This document shows positions 57,475-64,000 of a DNA stretch of 64,000 nucleotides, one piece after another. The stretch is from the NCBI RefSeq assembly GCF_009914755.1, contig NC_060925.1. One strand, written 5' to 3'. Positions within the stretch are counted from its first letter, which is position 1. Each line of letters opens with the position of its first letter. The position numbers and the translations under genes were made by a program. Under the pieces are notes generated by a model. It was not told the origin of the DNA. It saw nothing but the letters and a program-made list of their open reading frames with translations, and ran no database searches. This stretch comes from the human T2T-CHM13v2.0 reference genome, Homo sapiens.

Positions 57475-58329
57475 GTGAGCACCCCCTGGCTGCTACAGCC
57501 AGAGCTCAGCACCTCCCCTGACAGCTGCTGAGGCCAAGGAGAACCCTCTGTCCAATGTAGGGGATCAGGGAGTGGTGACTCACACATAGCCTTCCAGTTA
57601 TCTTGACCTACTCATGTGTGTCATTCTCAGCTGTGAGTTGCGTCTGAAGTGAGAGAGAGAAAAAAAGATGGGCTGATTTTACTATTATCTAAATTATAGT
57701 TGATTCAAATGTTATTCTAGTAATACTCTAATTCTCATTTACTGATTTCCATTTTAATAAGTCTTAGAAAAAAAGGGATGGAGTTAAATTTCATCCAGCA
57801 ATTGCATCTGATGAAAAACACACACACTGGCTTGTGTCAAACAAATGATTCTGCTCTGGGTCACAGGAGGAAAAAAAGTGGAGACCTGCACCCTCAGGGA
57901 TACAGTGGGGCTGTATCATTACAAGTATCCACTTGTTCATCCACTGATTCATTTATTTATTTAACAAGTTTTTGAATCCGTATTCCATGCCTTACTATTA
58001 AGCTGCAGGGGTATTCATGAATTGGAAAGATTTAACAAACAGAAACATAAAAACTAGAAAATTATAACTATGTGGCAACCACTTAAATTTATGGTGGTAG
58101 AACATAAATCAAACGGATAGTCTCCTAGAGGTAAAACCAGAAATGAAAGCTTCCTTGGAGAAGAAAATCTTGGCCACATTTTGTGGGAAGAGAGGGAAAT
58201 GATCTGGTACATGTGAGGTAGGACAGTCTTCCAGGCAAAGGAGCTGCCTTCACGGCCAGCAACCCAGTGGTACAGCTCTATCAGAGGCACAGGTAAGAAG
58301 AGAAGCATACGAAGAAGTGGTTTTGAGAG

Positions 58330-58830
58330 GAGTTCATTTATTCTTCTTTCAACAAATAATGATTAAAGGCTTACCATGCACAGAAACAATTCTCATTTCT
58401 GAGAAGCTGTTGGTCTCAAGACAGTGTTCCTTCTTTCATGGTATTTACTAACAGGGAAGCCGTTTATAAACAAGTAAACAATAAATAAATAATTTCAGCT
58501 ACTGATAATTTTCATGGATTGAATAAAACAGGGTTACGTGATGGAGAATGAGTGTGGTGGTTCTTTCGGCAGGGACATCAGGAAAGACTTCTTTGAAGAG
58601 GTAACATAAGAGCTAAAATCAAAATTTTAAGAGAATCAGCCATATAAAATTTCTGTTCTTGGTGGAGGAGTGAGAGGAGCAGAGAGAATAGAAAGGACAG
58701 AAACCTTGAAGAGGGAATGGAAGTTGGCAAGAAGTTAGAAGATTTGAAGAACCATCTTATTTAGAAGGCTGAAAACAGATTTGACACAAAAGATGCTGGA
58801 GATCCTCTGTAGGTTTTTGAATAAGGGAAT
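58330..58830 (-). mobile_element. L2 fragment
   Basis: ttcatttattc..tcaacaaata; tcaggaaagacttctttgaagaggtaacat..gagct. Confidence 0.65.
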
Positions 58831-59100
58831 GAAGTAGGACTTGGGAGAGATGAGCCTTGTTGCTCTCAGTACAAATTTGGTGTCCAGTATTTCTGGTGCT
58901 GACCCATCAGACACAGAGCTCTAGGCTTTGCTCAATCAGTCCAAAGTAGCAAAGTAGAGTTTCTGCCACTCAGAGATCTTGGGGATTTTATTTTCCTCAT
59001 TGCCTTCCACGCCTAGTGGTCAATGTCTTGCTGCCCTTAAGAAGGGTGTCAGTGTGTGACTTCTTTTGACTCTTACTTCATTTTATCTCTGCTCCCCAAG

Positions 59101-60217
59101 GTCCTTGTCCTACTGGTGGAACCGAATCCAGTCCCTCCTCTACTGTGGGGAAAGCACCTTTCCTGGCACTTTCCTGGAACAGAGCCACAGCTGCACCTGC
59201 CCCTATGACCAATCTTCCTGCCAGGGCCCCATCCCATGTGCCTTGGGCGAAGGGCCCGCGTGTGCCCACTGTGCTCCAGACAATAGCACACGCTGTGGGA
59301 GCTGCAACCCGGGCTATGTGCTGGCCCAGGGGCTGTGCCGGCCAGAGGTGGCCGAGTCCCTGGAAAACTTTCTTGGGCTGGAGACAGACTTGCAGGACCT
59401 GGAGCTAAAGTACCTGCTGCAGAAGCAGGATAGCCGCATTGAGGTACACTCCATCTTCATCAGCAATGACATGCGGCTGGGCAGCTGGTTTGACCCTTCC
59501 TGGAGGAAGCGCATGCTGCTCACCCTGAAGAGCAACAAGTACAAGCCTGGGCTGGTGCACGTGATGTTGGCCTTGTCCTTGCAGATCTGTCTCACCAAGA
59601 ACAGCACCCTGGAGCCTGTCATGGCCATCTACGTCAACCCCTTTGGGGGCAGCCACTCTGAGAGCTGGTTCATGCCTGTGAATGAGGGCAGCTTTCCTGA
59701 CTGGGAAAGGACTAACGTGGATGCAGCTGCCCAGTGCCAAAACTGGACTATCACCTTGGGGAATAGGTGGAAGACTTTCTTTGAGACAGTTCATGTTTAC
59801 CTACGGAGCCGAATCAAGTCCCTGGATGACAGCTCCAATGAGACAATCTACTATGAGCCCCTGGAGATGACTGATCCCTCTAAGAATTTGGGTTACATGA
59901 AAATTAACACCTTGCAGGTCTTTGGCTACAGCCTGCCCTTTGACCCAGATGCTATCCGGGACTTAATTCTCCAGTTGGACTACCCATATACTCAAGGTTC
60001 CCAGGACTCTGCACTCTTGCAGCTCATTGAGCTCAGGGACCGGGTGAACCAGCTTTCTCCACCTGGCAAAGTCCGACTTGACCTTTTCTCCTGCTTGCTC
60101 CGGCATCGGCTTAAGCTGGCCAACAATGAGGTGGGCAGGATCCAGTCCTCCCTGAGGGCTTTCAATTCTAAGCTGCCAAACCCTGTGGAATATGAGACCG
60201 GCAAACTCTGTAGCTAA
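59101..60217 (+). CDS. BRINP2: BRINP2 last exon, coding part (EGF-like Cys-rich region and BRINP C-terminal domain)
   Basis: Acceptor ctgctccccaAG; SLSYWWNRIQSLLYC...CAHCAPDNSTRCGSCNPGYVLAQGLC...WFDPSWRKRMLLTLKSNK...YETGKLCS*; exon total 2352 nt = 783 aa. Confidence 0.98.
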
Positions 60218-60387
60218 TGGGCGGCCCACTTCAGCACTGGGCAAGGAGGGGATCCATGAATCTGGGGTACAAAGATAATCTAAGCCCTCACCTTAGTGCC
60301 AACAGGGTGTGCTCCCACGAGACTTTCAGCATCCAGTAGATGGGACCTCGAGGCTCGAGCTGAAGCAGGCGAGAGAGAAACAGCTAC

Positions 60388-60428
60388 TGCGTGCGTGCGC
60401 GCACGCATACACACACACACACACACAC
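60388..60428. repeat. (GC/GT)n-(CA)n compound microsatellite in the 3' UTR
   Basis: tgcgtgcgtgcgcgcacgcatacacacacacacacacacac. Confidence 0.93.
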
Positions 60429-61085
60429 TGGCACAGGGAGGCTACAACTAAGCAGCCTCAGATCTGTAAAGTTGATTGGTGCTTTCTAAAATGAATGCAA
60501 TTGAAAGAAAGGAGCCAAGGAAGAGATTAAGAAAAAGAACCAGCTGAACCATGAAACAAACAAAAATCCTAAAAGTGATTCTTGTCATTCAAGAAAGCAA
60601 GAGGGGACAACAATGGGAGGGGTCGGAGCTCTTCCTTCCCCTCTGTGGAGTCACTTTTGTATTCTTTTTAACCAGATTTCTTAAAATGTTGTTGTTTTGT
60701 GAATCCTGACATTGGTTCTTACTTTTGTATGCTGCCTCCTCTGTGCCCTCCCAGACGCTGACTGGGAAACACAAGAAGTACAACCAACAGGAACCAGCGC
60801 CAAGGGCAGGCAGCGGCCTCCTTGCTCCCCTCCCTTACTCCTCCCTCTGCTGCCTCCTCCCCCCACCAAGTTTCAGGGCCCTGGATTGTTCCCAGTTCCC
60901 ATTGTGGTCCCTTCAGAGCTCCTTTCCAACAGCATCTCTCTGTCGAAGAAAGAAGCTCTGTCAAGTTAGAGAGAGACAATGTGTAGGAAATGTTCTTTTT
61001 TAAAAAAAAATAACAAAAACAAAACAAAACTATTTATTTTGTGATTGTTTTCCTTGTTAATCTGCTCCAACCACCTGAACATCTA

Positions 61086-61091
61086 AGTAAA
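61086..61091 (+). terminator. Candidate non-canonical polyadenylation signal AGTAAA
   Basis: Known PAS variant; T-rich flanks (tttattttgtg upstream, atatatttttgg downstream). Confidence 0.55.
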
Positions 61092-64000
61092 CATTTATCT
61101 GGTTTAATATATTTTTGGAAAAGGCCTTTTTTAGGGGGAAAAATGAGAGAAAAAAGAAAAAAAAAAGAGAGTATAGTCCCCTGGGTTACCTGGATTTTTC
61201 TTTTTAATTGCTATTTGCATGACACAAGAGTGTCCATGAAGCGGGGATAGTACTGTGTGGGAAGCTGGTTGATTGACAGATACACAAGTTACACAAGTGA
61301 ATGAGTGCCCGTGTTGACTGGGCTGTGAGGGGTGTATGAGAGAGAGAGGTTAAATGAGAAGCGAGGTAGTACTATCCCAGAGTTATCTCACTACACTCCC
61401 ATCACCTTTTTTTTCTCCCTGGGTGTGAGGGCTAACATGGGTCCTAAAACCAGGATTTCCCACATGGGGAGAATAGTTAAAAAGGTCTTGCTCGTAAGAG
61501 GAACTGCAGTCTTTGCACTGGGCAAAGTCCTGCTAAAGGGGCTCCTCTTTGTCGACACTGCTGCAGACATTAGGAGAATTTCCCATATGCTGCATCTTAT
61601 GATCTGGGATCACCCTTTGAGAAAATTGGGAAAGACAGAAATGTAGCATCGGCTCCCTCCATTCTGTCTGATTACCACATTCCCAACCCAAATAGCAGCT
61701 TTGATGTATACAACACAGAACAATGCATCCTTTTCTCCTAGTGCCTCCCTCCAGGTGGTATGAGAATCACTTCATAGCATCTCTTTTGGAGAATCACTTC
61801 TTTGTCTATGCTTCACATTCCAACCACAATGCATAGGCATGACAACCCCCATTTTGTTCAGGAGAGAGTCACCACATAAATATGAAATATTTCATTTCCT
61901 ACCTGTGGTATATCTCAGTTGGCATAAAGTGAAATGGAAGACAATGAGACAATGATTATGTCTCTCTGCCCAGGGGCCTTCTATGTTTATTATTGCATGC
62001 AGAAGAATTTGACATTATATTTAATCATTGCATGGTCTTTCAACGTATAAGAAACTGAAATCCTTGGTAGATAAGCAGCCTGGGGCATTTCTTTCTTCAC
62101 CACTTTCCTGAAGGCTTCCAGGGTAGAAATACAGAGTGATAGGATGATCTGGGGTGAGCACGGTTATTGGCTGTCTATTTCTAGTTAAAGTCACTGCTTG
62201 CTTTGGGAAGTTTGTACAGAGCTCCTCACCCATGGGAGATGGAATAGGCAGATGACATCATCAGCAGGAGTGTTGAGATGTACCCGATGAGGATGCTTTT
62301 GGTGGGAAGGGGTTGACAAGTGGTGGGAAGGCTTTGATACCTTCCAGTGATGGGGTTTGAGTGGTAGATACCAGAGTCTGATTTTAGCACTCTGAAAGTG
62401 TATGTCTACAGGCAGTAGGAGTGGATGGACAGGGACTCTTACTCATTAATTAAAGGTGCACCTTTAGCAAACTGTCAACTGCCAGGCACAGCAATACTCA
62501 GAGTGGGGAGGACAGCCATTGAGAATGTACAGTGCACAAAGCAGTGTGGAGCCTCAGTAGCACAAGCATGACTGCCCCAGTGGGAACAGAGTCATCACAT
62601 GAGGGCTCACATCCCACCTAGGCCAGTCCCACAGTTGTGGTGAGGGATGGGAAACCTCAGCCTTCTGTCTTTGTATCAGCAACCAGACTGGGAGAAAATC
62701 GCACCTATGGAATTATTAGTAAGGATGCTGTGTCTCTTTATTTCAGAGATATGAGATCTCTTGTCTTGGGAGGTTTTCAGGAAGATGATGGCGTGATGTA
62801 TTGTGGTTCTAGGGAATATATGCATCCATTTACTAAGCTTTCCATATCTTGCCTATCTGGAGGTTTAAACTATGAAGCTTAGTGTACCAACTCCATCTAA
62901 AAGTACTACTACACATTGGTAAATATTTAGTGGTGCCTTTGATTCCAGATGCAAGTATCATATTGATAGACGGCCTAACCAATATGAATTACAGAGGTAG
63001 AAATGTCTATATTTGACCTAGTCATCTGTTACCTGTGATAGATGTTTGATTTGTCTGTTCTGGGACAGTGATAGGGTGCTTGGTGTAGAAGAACTTGTGT
63101 CAAAGGAGCAGGCCAAAGACTTTGCTTCTAGAACACAGGTGGAAGAAGAGGGGGTGTAAGGGATGGGTAGCATCCTTTAAGAGGCTTTCAAAGGCTTGAA
63201 ACCATGAGTTTAGCACAGAGTTTTTCAGAAAGCTTGGCTAAGAAATGCCGTAATAAGAAAAGGCTGTCCTCAGTTGAAACTGTCACCTTTAAAGTCCATA
63301 ATAATCAAAATATGTGAACCACCTATCCACAGACACAGTTGCAAATAAAGAATTGTCATTAATTAGTGCTGGATTGTCAATGTTGGTGAACTCATTGTGG
63401 AATTAAGAGCAAAATCACAATATAGTTCCAACCGTGCATTGGATAATAACAATTAGGAATTCAAGTTTTAATTGTAACCCCAAAGAACGATACATCAAAT
63501 GCTAATCTGCCCTAATGCTTGAGACTAATACCTCTAATACTAAATAATATATTTAATACCTGCTAATAAAATATTGCTATGCTCTGCAAGCACACTCATG
63601 CATCAACAGCCAAAAACATAAATGAATATCACTTCCAATACTGGGTATTACAATAGTTTAGTTCCAGTTCTTCTGTGTTTTTTTTCTTTATCAAAATATA
63701 AAAATAGTGGTCATGATAGGCAGAGCTGCCTTGTAAGTAGACAGAATATGTTGCCGACATGATGTCCTGTCCCAAAATACCACTTGAAAGTCTGCAATTT
63801 CATCAGATGGGTCGATTCTCTTGCATTTCAGAAAAGTCTCTCTCTTTTTTTTTTTGCCATTATATTCTGCATGAAAACTAAAATGCCCTGAAAAAGAAAT
63901 CAGTCTTAGAAGTTAACCCAATGGCAAGATAGAAAATTAGATTTTTGGAGTTGGAAGATTTTTAGAGGTCATCCGGTCCAATCTCATTTCTGACATGAGG

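Larger units (their letters stand above)
60218..61111 (+). other. BRINP2: BRINP2 3' UTR (end approximate)
   Basis: Follows the TAA; no AATAAA seen; variant signal AGTAAA at 61086-61091 followed by T-rich sequence. Confidence 0.65.

Noticed and set aside
57506-57529. REST/NRSE-like site TCAGCACC-N5-TGACAGC
   Set aside because: Spacing differs from the canonical 2 nt and the GGACAG half has a mismatch; too weak to call.
59066-59100. ORF-track N-terminus MTLTSFYLCSP of a 383-aa single-exon gene
   Set aside because: This is the intronic polypyrimidine tract with a TTG start; the real exon begins at 59101.

Overview
This is mammalian, very probably human, genomic DNA. It contains the whole coding region of BRINP2 (FAM5B/DBCCR1L2, a neural MACPF-domain protein) on the + strand. 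Seven coding exons (8563-8831, 34604-34794, 35861-36069, 52177-52282, 54887-55123, 57252-57474, 59101-60217) have canonical AG/GT boundaries and compatible phases. They sum to 2352 nt, i.e. 783 aa plus stop. The promoter and first non-coding exon lie upstream of the window, and the 3' UTR appears to end near 61110 after a variant AGTAAA signal. The rest is intronic and downstream DNA rich in old interspersed repeats: Alu, MIR, L1, L2, CR1/L3, MLT1 LTRs, MER5, Tigger4a, Charlie1 and a full-length Tigger1. Nearly all other ORFs in the track are spurious or repeat-derived. I see no new multi-gene system. The best leads are (1) a CTCF/AP-1/GC-box/CCAAT cluster in the short intron 3, followed by a strong-Kozak ATG in frame with exon 4, which could give a signal-peptide-less isoform; (2) an overlapping uORF; (3) a ~210 bp local duplication not recognised as a transposon, with hairpins at its edge; (4) inverted repeats bracketing exons 3-4 (circRNA candidate); and (5) a tail-less internal L1 fragment resembling an endonuclease-independent insertion. 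Exon numbering assumes one upstream non-coding exon. Repeat subfamily names are from recognition, not a database search.
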